64,000 nucleotides of DNA from a virus (IMGVR_UViG_3300043446_000566:20248-84247); one strand, 5' to 3'. Positions 50,528-59,705 are shown, counted from the first letter of the stretch. The notes: generated from the letters alone by a model not told the origin. Program-made: numbers and translations.

Positions 50528-52744
50528 ATGGGATTAGCTTCACTTGCCTCAACCTTGTATTCTATTCAGTCTCGAAAGAATATTCCTCTGAGAACAGCGT
50601 TTTCTATGATGGTGAGAGAGGATCTTGCCACTCGTTTTTCTGTCTTCAATCTGACTAAAACTATTACCAAATCAGAGTTTCTTGCTACGCTAGCACACGC
50701 GAAATTCGGTAGTCTTACACCGATGCAGAAAATGGAAGAGCAAGAAAAGAAAAAAGCAGCTGCACTTGCTCTAAAAAAAGAAAAAAGACTTGAGAAGTTC
50801 CAGAGATTCACAGTAGGCTCTATTGCTGGTCTCAATAACAAGATCAACATGCTCTCAGCTATCACCGAAAAGAACACTGGGCTGATCAATAGCCTTTACA
50901 ATGATCTAGGATACTTCAAGAACCAAAGAAGCATCAACATAAACAATGTCAATCCAAAGAGCATCCGTGCTCCTTTGCGCAAAAACACTGTCAAGAATCA
51001 GATTGATGAGATCAACAAGCAAATTGACGTACTCAAGAATACTAAACTCAAGCCATCAAAAAAGCCTTCTGAAAAAAAGAAAACAAAAAAAGAAATCAAG
51101 GAAACTGGTTTGCTTGATTCAGTTGTTGAATCGCTCACAAAAAATCCACTGTTCTTACTGGCGCTAACAAAAGGAGTTGGCAAGGCGATTGGCATCGGCA
51201 CAATTGCAGCGCAACTAGGCTCATTGTTATCCCTGCCAAAGACGGTAGGAAATATCATGGATCGATTGGGCGGGAAATCTTTATACGACGATCCTACTAT
51301 AGAAAAAATAAGTCAATACGCGACAACTGGTGCAGCTACTCTTGGAACATATACCGCAGTCAGAGGTTCTTTGGCCATTGGTAATTTGGTCAAGAACTAT
51401 ATGAACAAGAAAAATCCAAATTATGCTCGCGATACTCGTATGAAGCAAATGAATGAGATGACTAAAGGATTTCAAAAAAAAGGATTGAGTTATAAAGATG
51501 CACAGAAAAAAGCTGGAGAAAGATACAAAAAAATTACTGGCGTATCAAAGTTTCTAAAAAAGTGGAAAGTCATAGGAAAAATTCTGCGAGGCGCATCAAA
51601 AGCCCTTCCAGCACTAATGGCGGCTGATGTTGTTTTTGAGATTGCTAGAATCTCGAACTACGTCTCTGATCATGCTAATGGCAAGATGCACGATACTGAC
51701 TTCAAAAAAAATGTTTCGCGTAGTCTAACAGAAATATCCAGCACAGTTGGATTCAGTGCGATGGGCGGCATAATTGGATCTGTTGCTGGTAGTGGACTAT
51801 TCCCTGGAATCGGAACACTAGCTGGTGGTTTGATTGGTGCAGGTGTTGGAGCTGTTACTTCTATACTAGTTCCAGAAGAATCTATGGATGAAGTTGGAAC
51901 TAAGTTGTTTGAACTCTTCTTTGAGGGTAAAGCAGCGGCTGAAAAAACAGAACCAGCACCAGCGGCTTCGACTCCAGCTGCACCAACGCAAGCTAAAGTC
52001 ACTCAACAACCATATACTCCACCAAAAGAGTTTGTTCCTCAAGTTGGTACGCTGGGAGCAATGCCATTGCAGACTATTCCAGCAGATACACAAAAAATAC
52101 TAGAAACAATTAGAAAAAAAGAATCTAGCGGAAATTATAAAGCTATAGCAAAAGGATCAACTGCTTCTGGCGCATATCAATTTATCGATTCTACATGGAG
52201 AGCGCAAGCTAAAGCTGCTGGCATCGGAACAGAATACCCTTCAGCATATCTGGCGCCTCCACAAATTCAAGATGCAGTTGCTGCTCATTATGTTGAAACA
52301 ATTTTAAAAAATGTAAATGGTGATGTCACTAAAGTGCCACTAGTGTGGTACACAGGAAATGCTTCAGGCAAAATGTCTGCTAACCAATTAGAAGTGAACA
52401 AAGGACTTACATCAGAAAAATATCAAGCTGATTGGTTGAAGCTGTATGCTAAGAACAGTCCAGCAAAAACTGCAACAATGCAAACAGTTTCTGTAGTAGA
52501 ACCGCCAAGTATTCCTACTAATGCCGCAGTTCAGCTTCCTCCAGCCGCTGAAGCAGCCAAAGAAGTTGTTGATGGCACTAATAAGAATGCAGAGATTCAA
52601 GCAACTGCCGCAATACAGTCCGTAGCGAGAATGCAAGGTCAGTTGAATGCTGTTTCAACAGAAACGATCAGAACTCGTCAAAAAATGCTTGAGAGTGATG
52701 AATTCCCATCAGCTATGAACGCTGATATGGAACGATACGCATAA
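50528..52744 (+). CDS. Tape measure protein (gp29-like) with a lysozyme-like / transglycosylase domain
   Basis: Helical Lys-rich N-terminus, Gly-rich hydrophobic segment, ETIRKKESSGNY...ASGAYQFIDSTW motif. Confidence 0.75.
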   Translation: MGLASLASTLYSIQSRKNIPLRTAFSMMVREDLATRFSVFNLTKTITKSEFLATLAHAKFGSLTPMQKMEEQEKKKAAALALKKEKRLEKFQRFTVGSIAGLNNKINMLSAITEKNTGLINSLYNDLGYFKNQRSININNVNPKSIRAPLRKNTVKNQIDEINKQIDVLKNTKLKPSKKPSEKKKTKKEIKETGLLDSVVESLTKNPLFLLALTKGVGKAIGIGTIAAQLGSLLSLPKTVGNIMDRLGGKSLYDDPTIEKISQYATTGAATLGTYTAVRGSLAIGNLVKNYMNKKNPNYARDTRMKQMNEMTKGFQKKGLSYKDAQKKAGERYKKITGVSKFLKKWKVIGKILRGASKALPALMAADVVFEIARISNYVSDHANGKMHDTDFKKNVSRSLTEISSTVGFSAMGGIIGSVAGSGLFPGIGTLAGGLIGAGVGAVTSILVPEESMDEVGTKLFELFFEGKAAAEKTEPAPAASTPAAPTQAKVTQQPYTPPKEFVPQVGTLGAMPLQTIPADTQKILETIRKKESSGNYKAIAKGSTASGAYQFIDSTWRAQAKAAGIGTEYPSAYLAPPQIQDAVAAHYVETILKNVNGDVTKVPLVWYTGNASGKMSANQLEVNKGLTSEKYQADWLKLYAKNSPAKTATMQTVSVVEPPSIPTNAAVQLPPAAEAAKEVVDGTNKNAEIQATAAIQSVARMQGQLNAVSTETIRTRQKMLESDEFPSAMNADMERYA

Positions 52745-52771
52745 AAAAAGAGGGACTGTTTCCAGTCCCTC
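52743..52771 (-). terminator. Rho-independent terminator for gp32 at a convergent junction
   Basis: AGAGGGACTG-GAAA-CAGTCCCTCT followed by a T run. Confidence 0.9.
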
Positions 52772-52789
52772 TAGTATAATCGCTAGTGC

Positions 52790-53683
52790 TTATTCAGCAG
52801 CTAGCTGTTCAAAGTACGACATATCATCGTCTGAAAGATTTGTGCTTTCAGCAGTCACCTTCTTAGCAGGAGCAGAACGAACGACAGGCGCATCAGCCTC
52901 TTCGTCATCGATCTTCTTAGCCGTTGCGCCTGCGACGCCACCAGCACCAAGGACCTTGTTCAGCTTTGCCTTGAGTTCATCATAAGACTTGAAGTTCTTG
53001 GCATCAAGAAACTCTCTGAGCGAGTAAGAAGCCTTCCACACCTTCTCAATCTTCGATTCATCATCGAATAGAGGGCTAGGAGCCTCAAACTCAGACTTGT
53101 CATAGTTGCGATAGCCTTCGACCTGACGAATCTTGACCTTGAAGTTAGCACCCTTCCAGAAGTCAAACGGATTCATTGGTGTCTCATCAGCAAACTGCGG
53201 TGTCAGCTGCTCGTTGATCTTGTCAAAGATCTTCTTGCCAAACTTGAAGAGAAACACCTTACCCTCATTCTCTGGGCGCTTTGGGTCAGTGATAATAAGA
53301 ATGTTTGCGATATAAGTCAGGCGACGCTTCTGCTTACGGGCAATCTCCTTGTTAGCTTCTACGCCAGAGTTCCATAGAACAGTGTTGTACTCAGAGACTG
53401 GATCAGCCTTACCGAGAGTCGTCAGCGAGTTCTCGATATACCAACCACCAGGACCTTGAAAGCCATGATTCCAGATCTGAACCCAAGGAAGACCATCTTC
53501 ACCATCAACTGCTGGCGTGTCAAGGAATCGAATTACAGCATAGCCAGAGCCTGTCTTATCGACATCAGGCGTCCAGAAACGATCATCTGCGCCTCTCTTC
53601 TCACCAGTGCCAGACTGTGACTGCTCAACTGCGCGCTTTAGCTTGTCGAGGGAAGAGTTCTTTTTTAGACTAGAAAGATTCAT
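52790..53683 (-). CDS. gp32: Single-stranded DNA-binding protein
   Basis: DDRFW, GYAVIRFL, HGFQGPGGWYIENSLTTLG, GKKIFDKI, NYDKSEF, acidic tail. Confidence 0.98.
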   Translation of the reverse strand: MNLSSLKKNSSLDKLKRAVEQSQSGTGEKRGADDRFWTPDVDKTGSGYAVIRFLDTPAVDGEDGLPWVQIWNHGFQGPGGWYIENSLTTLGKADPVSEYNTVLWNSGVEANKEIARKQKRRLTYIANILIITDPKRPENEGKVFLFKFGKKIFDKINEQLTPQFADETPMNPFDFWKGANFKVKIRQVEGYRNYDKSEFEAPSPLFDDESKIEKVWKASYSLREFLDAKNFKSYDELKAKLNKVLGAGGVAGATAKKIDDEEADAPVVRSAPAKKVTAESTNLSDDDMSYFEQLAAE

Positions 53684-53750
53684 ATTTGTATACTCCGTAT
53701 GTTTGTATTAGTTGTATCAGCGTTTTATCCACTTTTCTCATCACCATATC

Positions 53751-53779
53751 ATTATATATCACACTCAAGTAGATGTCAA
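53751..53779 (-). promoter_or_regulatory. Perfect sigma70 promoter for gp32
   Basis: TTGACA-17 nt-TATAAT, overlapping the gp59 3' end. Confidence 0.9.
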
Positions 53780-54361
53780 GTGTGTTTTCAGCAAATTTTT
53801 ATACTTGCTGGTATCGACAGTCAAAAAAGATCCATACTTACGAATCTTCATTGAATACTTGGGATAGATCACATCATCTTCAATTTTCTTATCCCAAATT
53901 CTTATGAAGTCAAGGATGTTGTTCAGAATCACCATCGTCTCAATCGTGATATCTTTTTGCTGAAGACAGACTAGCAATCGCGGTAGCTGCCCATCATTGA
54001 CTTCAAATAGCTTGTTGAACTCTGTTGGAACTGGAACAATTCTGGCTAGATCATTCTTGAATGTCTCGCTCATTGATTCAGTCACTCTCATCCATTCTGT
54101 ATAGGCTTTAGCAGCTTCAGCTGATACAAGTTTTCTTGAGAAGCTGGCATTACCAGCTACAAAGTTTGCGACTAGAAAACTGACAGCAACTTCCTCTTTG
54201 TACATTCGCGCAAGTTTGTGAAACACATACTTGTCTTTGCGCTTTTCAAATGCATCAACAGAAGACTTGATCTGCCCATCAAACGTAAAGAAGTTGTAGC
54301 TTTCACTTGAGAAGTGAAGTCTGATCGCGTTATACAGCTTGTAAAAATCGTAGCCAGTCAT
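53765..54361 (-). CDS. gp59: Helicase loader
   Basis: YKLYNAIRLHFSSESYNF, FEKRKDKYVFHKL, ITIETMVILN; synteny gp33-gp59-gp32. Confidence 0.9.
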   Translation of the reverse strand: MTGYDFYKLYNAIRLHFSSESYNFFTFDGQIKSSVDAFEKRKDKYVFHKLARMYKEEVAVSFLVANFVAGNASFSRKLVSAEAAKAYTEWMRVTESMSETFKNDLARIVPVPTEFNKLFEVNDGQLPRLLVCLQQKDITIETMVILNNILDFIRIWDKKIEDDVIYPKYSMKIRKYGSFLTVDTSKYKNLLKTHLTST

Positions 54362-54364
54362 GAT

Positions 54365-54589
54365 TTAGAATGACAGTGTTCCTGTTCGCGGTAGTTGACG
54401 TAGATCCATCGCTTCACATTGAATCAGACTCTTGAGTGGTTCATTGATCAGCGTAGCAGCGACTTCAACTTCAAGATCATTTTCTTCACAGTATGAAGTG
54501 ATTGCGTCCATGTGATCAGTTTTTGAATCTAGCGCTCTCTGCATGATCATCATTGAAAACTTATTCTTTTCTTCTCTACTTACCATCAT
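54365..54589 (-). CDS. gp33: Late transcription coactivator
   Basis: HMDAITSYCEENDLEVE..ATLINEPLKSLIQCEA; SD AGAGGA. Confidence 0.85.
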   Translation of the reverse strand: MMVSREEKNKFSMMIMQRALDSKTDHMDAITSYCEENDLEVEVAATLINEPLKSLIQCEAMDLRQLPRTGTLSF

Positions 54590-55202
54590 TGATCCTCTCT
54601 GAGTAAAATATATGGCGACCGATCTGAGAAACATATCTCTTGCTGTTTGCCCATGAAGGCTCTACATAGTCAGCATGAAAGTGTGTCGCGTTCCCTATTA
54701 TACCATACTTCTTTTTAGAAATCAAGATGTTTTCAGCAATGCTCTTTGACTCAAGCCAATTCTTCATTGAATTGATTGTTCTTTTAGGAGAACACACCCA
54801 TGAGAACTGGCAGATGCCGTTGTTCTTTTGATTGACCACACCGCAAACAGTTCCAGCATAGCCCTTCTTCACACGATTCATCGTCACTTCAGCAACAGCA
54901 ATCTTGCCTGCTTTGGGTTCTGTGCCAGCTTCAAAGTAGATGTTTCTTGCAAGACACTGAACTTCTTTCTGGACAGCTTGCTGCTTTGCGTATGCAACCT
55001 TATAGGTTTTCATCTGCTCATCCATCTCAGAGATGTGCGCTACCAGTTCTTGATTGACTTCTCTTTGCTTGCTGATCTCATTTTTCATTGAGACATATTG
55101 CATAGAAGGAACAACTACAATCAAAAACGTGAAGCAAAATAGTCCTCCGAACTTTAGAAAAAAGTTATGGTTCTTGTCAAAATAATTTTGTACTGCCTTC
55201 AT
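54576..55202 (-). CDS. Cell-wall hydrolase (SleB / Hydrolase_2) with an N-terminal membrane segment
   Basis: CLARNIYFEA, VAEVTMNRV, TVCGVVNQ, CQFSW, ATHFHADYVEPSW, IGRHIFY. Confidence 0.9.
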   Translation of the reverse strand: MKAVQNYFDKNHNFFLKFGGLFCFTFLIVVVPSMQYVSMKNEISKQREVNQELVAHISEMDEQMKTYKVAYAKQQAVQKEVQCLARNIYFEAGTEPKAGKIAVAEVTMNRVKKGYAGTVCGVVNQKNNGICQFSWVCSPKRTINSMKNWLESKSIAENILISKKKYGIIGNATHFHADYVEPSWANSKRYVSQIGRHIFYSERINDGK

Positions 55203-55228
55203 GTTAGTTACTCCCATTTATGCAGTGG

Positions 55229-55262
55229 AAAGAAAAGGCTGGTGGCTGTTACACCACCAACC
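55229..55262 (-). terminator. Terminator ending the tmRNA transcript
   Basis: GGTTGGTGGT-GTAACA-GCCACCAGCC followed by TTTTCTTT. Confidence 0.75.
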
Positions 55263-55493
55263 CTGACCTTTCTGTTACCAAGCGGTCAACTCTGGTAATC
55301 CCATACTGCCTTAGGCAGCGAGAGCCATGTCGTAAACATCATCGTTTGCGTTTACTTTGTTTTGCGCGAATTACGTTCGTCACCTTTCGAGCGCACTTTG
55401 TCTATTACTTGCCCTGTCGAAACCAGTCAGCCCCGTAGAATTGGTGGAGCTGGGCGGAATCGAACCGCCGTCCAGAACACCTTTACCTAAGTG
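55235..55493 (-). ncRNA. ssrA: Circularly permuted (two-piece) tmRNA, tag ANDDVYDMALAA
   Basis: T-arm and CAGCTCCACCA (3' end 55442) come before GGGGCTGACTGGTTTCGAC (5' end 55434); G3:U70; tag ORF 55349-55311. Confidence 0.93.
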
Positions 55494-56170
55494 TTTACGC
55501 TGTTATCTACGTTGTCGTAGAAATTTTCTATGTATGTCTTCAGATTGTTCCTGTGGATATTTAGTTCTTCGCCCTTCACCTTCATAGTCTGACAGAAATT
55601 GGCAGCATCTACGCCGATCAATACGACAACTTGCTCAATCGGAGTACCAGTCAGTTCAGTGAACATGTCCGCATAGGCTACGCACTGCATGAAGTAGTTG
55701 CCAATGTTCTCTTTCTTCTTGAGACGATTAGATGTCTTGAAGTCGATGACAGACAGAACACCTTCATGCTCTGCAATACAGTCAACAGTGCCAGCTAGCT
55801 TTAGCTTGTGCGAATAGAGCGGAGTCTCAAGGCAATGAATGTTGTTGACCTTCTTGACCAGTTCTTCCTTCATGCGCACATACAAAGACTTCACATTCGG
55901 CATCATCTCTAGCGTAGAGACATCTTCGTTGTTCAGCAAAGTTTCAATCGCTTTGTGAACACCGCTGCCTCGAGTCGTCGCTGTGCGAGAGATCTTGTTT
56001 GCTTTCTCTTCACCAACTTTCTTGCGCCACTCAAGAATGCTTTGCTTGTTGTAGTCAGCAAGAACTGTAGTGACAGAGACATACTTCTCACCAGTAGGAG
56101 TGACGTATCGCCGCTGAGGACCATCTTCGCGCAAAAGAACGGGAAGATTATGAGGGACATGAACAAACAT
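55487..56170 (-). CDS. PD-(D/E)xK exonuclease
   Basis: YVSVTTVL, EWRKKVGEE, RGSGVHKAIE, LAGTVDCI, VIDFKTS, YFMQCVAY. Confidence 0.88.
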   Translation of the reverse strand: MFVHVPHNLPVLLREDGPQRRYVTPTGEKYVSVTTVLADYNKQSILEWRKKVGEEKANKISRTATTRGSGVHKAIETLLNNEDVSTLEMMPNVKSLYVRMKEELVKKVNNIHCLETPLYSHKLKLAGTVDCIAEHEGVLSVIDFKTSNRLKKKENIGNYFMQCVAYADMFTELTGTPIEQVVVLIGVDAANFCQTMKVKGEELNIHRNNLKTYIENFYDNVDNSVNT

Positions 56171-56770
56171 TTAGATATGCTCTACCATATAAAGCATCTG
56201 TAGAATGTCTAGAGCGCAATCGTTTTGCGGAATGTGCTTAGTCACATAAAGATCGTGATTGAAATTTGGAATCACTGCATATCCATTTCGTGAATCTGTG
56301 GCAAGAAGATCGACAGCAGTACGGACATCACGCCACATATTATACATGAACAAAGGTTCTTCACCAACAGAACGACATAGGCTATCAAGTGCCATCTGGT
56401 CTAGATTGCCACGCGCCCAGACAATCTGATTATTGCCACCATGAGAATTGATATAAGATCTCATTCGCGCAATACCTTCTTTAACCGAAACATCTAGATC
56501 ACTCGAAGCCACAGACATCTGTTTGGCCAACTCACATTGTTTAGCCCACCAGCTGATAGTATCAGCCGTCTCAACTCGACCAAGTCGGCGTTGCTCTTCA
56601 GCATCAAATTTTACAAACTTTGATGTCATCACAAATCGATTGTACTCAGAGACCATTTCGTCTTTAGTTGCATTGATGACGATATCAGTGAAGTCGAATC
56701 GAGTGATAGCAGCCGACAAGACAACGCTTGTTGACTCAACGCCGAGTGTTTCTACATCTACCATGAACAT
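56171..56770 (-). CDS. dexA: DEDD-family 3'-5' exonuclease (DexA-like)
   Basis: MVDVETLG, TISWW, VWARGNLD, WRDVRT, H...DCALD. Confidence 0.8.
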   Translation of the reverse strand: MFMVDVETLGVESTSVVLSAAITRFDFTDIVINATKDEMVSEYNRFVMTSKFVKFDAEEQRRLGRVETADTISWWAKQCELAKQMSVASSDLDVSVKEGIARMRSYINSHGGNNQIVWARGNLDQMALDSLCRSVGEEPLFMYNMWRDVRTAVDLLATDSRNGYAVIPNFNHDLYVTKHIPQNDCALDILQMLYMVEHI

Positions 56771-56803
56771 AATAAATTATCCCTTATCAAACTCAACATA
56801 GTT

Positions 56804-56832
56804 AGTATACTACAATTTTAGAAAAAAGTCAA
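56804..56832 (-). promoter_or_regulatory. Sigma70-type early promoter
   Basis: TTGACT-17 nt-TATACT upstream of the dexA-like gene. Confidence 0.8.
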
Positions 56833-56835
56833 GTC

Positions 56836-57600
56836 TCATCCGTTGGCAATCTCCCACTTATCAACCGCAATCAGGAAGTCTTTTACAAGACTTGAGCGGA
56901 CGATATCTTCAGTTGTAAACTCTACGCTGGTGAACGATGGCATTGTTCTTGCAATCTCGTGAAACTTAGCCAGCCCAGACTTGTCACCAGCTTTGCGGTA
57001 CAGATCCGTCTGCCTGTAGTCACCGCAGAAGATGATCTTTGAGCGATAGCCAACGCGAGTCATGATTGTGGACAACTCTTCCCAGTTCATGTTCTGACAC
57101 TCATCCACAATAATAATTGAATCGTCAAAGGACATGCCGCGAATGAAGCTGGTAGATATAAACTCAATACGCCCTTGCTCTTTCAGATACTCATACGCAT
57201 CACGGCGATTGAATAGCGTGTGGTAAATTTGCATGTATGGCTGTTCATACAGACTCATCTTCTCTTCTAGAGAGCCAGGCGTAAAACCAACATCTCTAGA
57301 CTGAACAGCACTACGAACAATAACAACACGGCGAAAGGAAGAGTTCTTATCAAAGACTTCTTCGATAGCTTTGTAGCAAGCAATAAAAGACTTTCCTGTA
57401 CCAGCAGAACCAGTAAGCATAATAAAATAATCACCGCGTGTATATGCATCGAAAAATTTCTTTTGGTTTTCTGTCAGTGGAGTAAAGGCGCGCAGTTCAC
57501 TGGGCTTGACTCTTGCGAGTGTTTTCTTTTCTTCACTCTCGTTGACTTCAATGATTGTGTTGCTAGCCGACTTTCTTTTAGACAAACTGCCTCTCTTCAA
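56836..57600 (-). CDS. phoH: PhoH-like ATPase
   Basis: GSAGTGKS, VGFTPGSLEEK, SFIRGMSFDD, IIVDECQN, CGDYRQTD, DIVRS. Confidence 0.97.
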   Translation of the reverse strand: MKRGSLSKRKSASNTIIEVNESEEKKTLARVKPSELRAFTPLTENQKKFFDAYTRGDYFIMLTGSAGTGKSFIACYKAIEEVFDKNSSFRRVVIVRSAVQSRDVGFTPGSLEEKMSLYEQPYMQIYHTLFNRRDAYEYLKEQGRIEFISTSFIRGMSFDDSIIIVDECQNMNWEELSTIMTRVGYRSKIIFCGDYRQTDLYRKAGDKSGLAKFHEIARTMPSFTSVEFTTEDIVRSSLVKDFLIAVDKWEIANG

Positions 57601-57911
57601 CTAGTTTGAAACGCATTATGCTTCTTCAACACCTGATCCGTCTTGATACGTTTGCTAGTTTTCTTTAGCACCCTGTTGGCAAGAGGACTGCGCGGGTTCT
57701 GTTCTGCAATCTTATGCATAACTTCTTTCCAGGTGTTGTCAGTCTTTTTGCCAGCCATATCACCAGGTCCAGTGTAGCTAAACAGTGGAGCGCTGCTATG
57801 GTATCGTTCTAGGTGCGGATTGTTGTTTTTGAAATCATCATAAACAGAAATCGACATAGTATGTTCTTCAATCTTCTTGGTCTTCTTGTTCAAGAATTCG
57901 TATGTAGGCAC
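57597..57911 (-). CDS. FmdB-like small protein of T4-like phages
   Basis: MPTYEFLNKKT...WKEVMHKIAEQNPRS; GTG start. Confidence 0.65.
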   Translation of the reverse strand: MPTYEFLNKKTKKIEEHTMSISVYDDFKNNNPHLERYHSSAPLFSYTGPGDMAGKKTDNTWKEVMHKIAEQNPRSPLANRVLKKTSKRIKTDQVLKKHNAFQTS

Positions 57912-57914
57912 GGG

Positions 57915-58535
57915 TTATTCCTCAGTATGTCTCGTTATACTTCCATTAGGCTTGACATGGTACGCCTTGAACTCTACGTTCGGATGCTTGTCCTTTAGAC
58001 GAAGGAAGTGATTCAAATTTTGAACACTATCATCATACAGCGTTGCACGACGGTGACCACCAGCAGTCAACTCTCTGCTAATTGCTCGTGCTTTCTTTTC
58101 AGCGACAGTGCCTTCTGACGTATCATTGCCTGAGCGATGCACATGGATATTGTCAATGTCTACGCCATGCTTCCGAAACGCATGAAGGAATCTGTCTTTA
58201 TTGTCAAAGTCCGCACGGGCTGTAGCTACAATCACCTTGCTGCCAGTCTTCTTGGCATTCTTGTGGATTGCTTTCATCTTGTTCAACATGCGAGTCATCG
58301 GCTTGGACTCTTTGTCAAACTTTTCAGCGGAACGAAACTCGCTGAAATCGTAGTGATGACCAGCAGGAAGTTTGTGCGTATTGTACTCTGAATTGCTCAG
58401 AGAGTCGACCTGCCTGTCTCCGTGCATTACCTTGACTCTAGCTGTTGTATGGAAAAGCGTATCGTCCACATCAAAGACGTGGAGTCCGGTGCCTTCTTTG
58501 GCAGCTTCATCAAGGTATTGTGCGAATGTCTTCAT
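57915..58535 (-). CDS. HAD-superfamily hydrolase-like protein, late-expressed
   Basis: Motif I FDVDDTL, motif II ATAR, conserved K in AEKKA, motif IV YDDS..NL; TATAAATA at 58541-58548. Confidence 0.8.
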   Translation of the reverse strand: MKTFAQYLDEAAKEGTGLHVFDVDDTLFHTTARVKVMHGDRQVDSLSNSEYNTHKLPAGHHYDFSEFRSAEKFDKESKPMTRMLNKMKAIHKNAKKTGSKVIVATARADFDNKDRFLHAFRKHGVDIDNIHVHRSGNDTSEGTVAEKKARAISRELTAGGHRRATLYDDSVQNLNHFLRLKDKHPNVEFKAYHVKPNGSITRHTEE

Positions 58536-58539
58536 CACT

Positions 58540-59076
58540 CTATTTATACCAGCCAGGAATACCTCGAATCTTCCAGTTCGCCATTCTGCGCTTGTGCAGC
58601 ATGTAATAGTTGCGATATGCACCAACAGCGTCACCAGGAATCTTTGCGTCATCTGGCATAGCCTGTGGAGGGTCTTGCCAGTTTACGATAGGAATGCTAT
58701 TAGGAGCATTCAGCAGTGGCTGGAGCAGAGTCTCGCACTTGTGAGTCTTGCCATCATAGCGATACTTGTACTCGTAAATGAGGTAGTACGTCAGGTCAAA
58801 AAGCCAGCGGTAGTGGTCAATGTTCTGACGCACCCACACAGCCGACGGATGGTTCACATGCCCTGCAATGTACAGGATCTGTTCACGCTCATCAGAAAGC
58901 GTCCAGCGCTTTACCTTGCGGTTGGTCTTGCTTAGACCGATGCTTTGAGCGCCATCAAGAATGCGGTGCGCTGTACACATAAGCTGGCAGGACTCAAGGA
59001 TCATCTTGACAACATGTTTGTCACAATGGTACTGGGCTGCAATTTTAGGATCACTATCAAGAAAAAATATATTCAT
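58540..59076 (-). CDS. denV: Pyrimidine-dimer DNA glycosylase / endonuclease V family
   Basis: MNIFFLD, HCDKHVVKMILESCQL, HVNHPSAVW, PPQAMPD, AYRNYY. Confidence 0.85.
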   Translation of the reverse strand: MNIFFLDSDPKIAAQYHCDKHVVKMILESCQLMCTAHRILDGAQSIGLSKTNRKVKRWTLSDEREQILYIAGHVNHPSAVWVRQNIDHYRWLFDLTYYLIYEYKYRYDGKTHKCETLLQPLLNAPNSIPIVNWQDPPQAMPDDAKIPGDAVGAYRNYYMLHKRRMANWKIRGIPGWYK

Positions 59077-59081
59077 ATGTG

Positions 59082-59107
59082 AAAAGGGGCAGAGCAATCT
59101 GCCCCTT
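59082..59107 (-). terminator. Rho-independent terminator after the early genes
   Basis: AAGGGGCAGA-TTGC-TCTGCCCCTTTT. Confidence 0.75.
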
Positions 59108-59119
59108 CCTGTGTTAGCA

Positions 59120-59557
59120 TCAAGCGAGACCTAGCTGCATCTTCAGATCAGCAAGTTCCTCCTCACTGACATCTGAAATCTGCATGTCGGCATCAAGAAT
59201 AGGGACATCAAACTCATCAGCCTTGACCGCAGGCTTGCGACTCACGACCGACTTGACCTTTGCGACCTTGACAGGCGCAGCGACCTTAGCAGCCTTGCCC
59301 TTGCGAGGCTTAGCGACCATCAATGGTGCAATCTCAGCAGCATTCATCAGCCGATACGACACAGCCTTGCGGCCCTCACGCTCGGTCTTGATATCGCCAC
59401 CGCGATCACGCAACTGAAAGATATTCACCATCAGACTGCCAGGCTGGCAACCCAACTGTGCGACCATCGCCGAAACCTTGACAGACTTACCGCTCTTCAG
59501 CATTTCATAAGTCTCAATAACCTTCTTAGAAGGATAGACGTTTACATTCTTACTCAT
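59120..59557 (-). CDS. Early protein, possible winged-HTH with a basic linker and acidic tail
   Basis: SD GAGG; VSAMVAQLG...NIFQLRDRGGDIKTEREGRKAVSYRL resembles a wHTH. Confidence 0.6.
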   Translation of the reverse strand: MSKNVNVYPSKKVIETYEMLKSGKSVKVSAMVAQLGCQPGSLMVNIFQLRDRGGDIKTEREGRKAVSYRLMNAAEIAPLMVAKPRKGKAAKVAAPVKVAKVKSVVSRKPAVKADEFDVPILDADMQISDVSEEELADLKMQLGLA

Positions 59558-59564
59558 ACATACC

Positions 59565-59705
59565 TCACAGAAAAATAATAAACCAACGAACCAAAGAAAC
59601 AAGAAGAATCAAACCCAGCGGCAGGACAACACAGTATCGCAGAAACATCACGAACTCGTTGTCGGCCTTGCGCTGCCGCCTGCTATAGTAGTCTTCGTCA
59701 TCCAT
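59565..59705 (-). CDS. Small predicted membrane protein (46 aa)
   Basis: MDDEDYYSRRQRKADNEFVMFLRYCVVLPLGLILLVSLVRWFIIFL; fills the gap between neighbours. Confidence 0.5.
   Translation of the reverse strand: MDDEDYYSRRQRKADNEFVMFLRYCVVLPLGLILLVSLVRWFIIFL

Noticed and set aside
55220-55587. Plus-strand ORFs 55220-55438 and 55357-55587
   Set aside because: Antisense to the tmRNA, which explains the sequence
55487-56170. Cas4 as part of a CRISPR system
   Set aside because: It is a stand-alone PD-(D/E)xK exonuclease without the Cas4 four-Cys cluster, and no array or other cas genes are nearby
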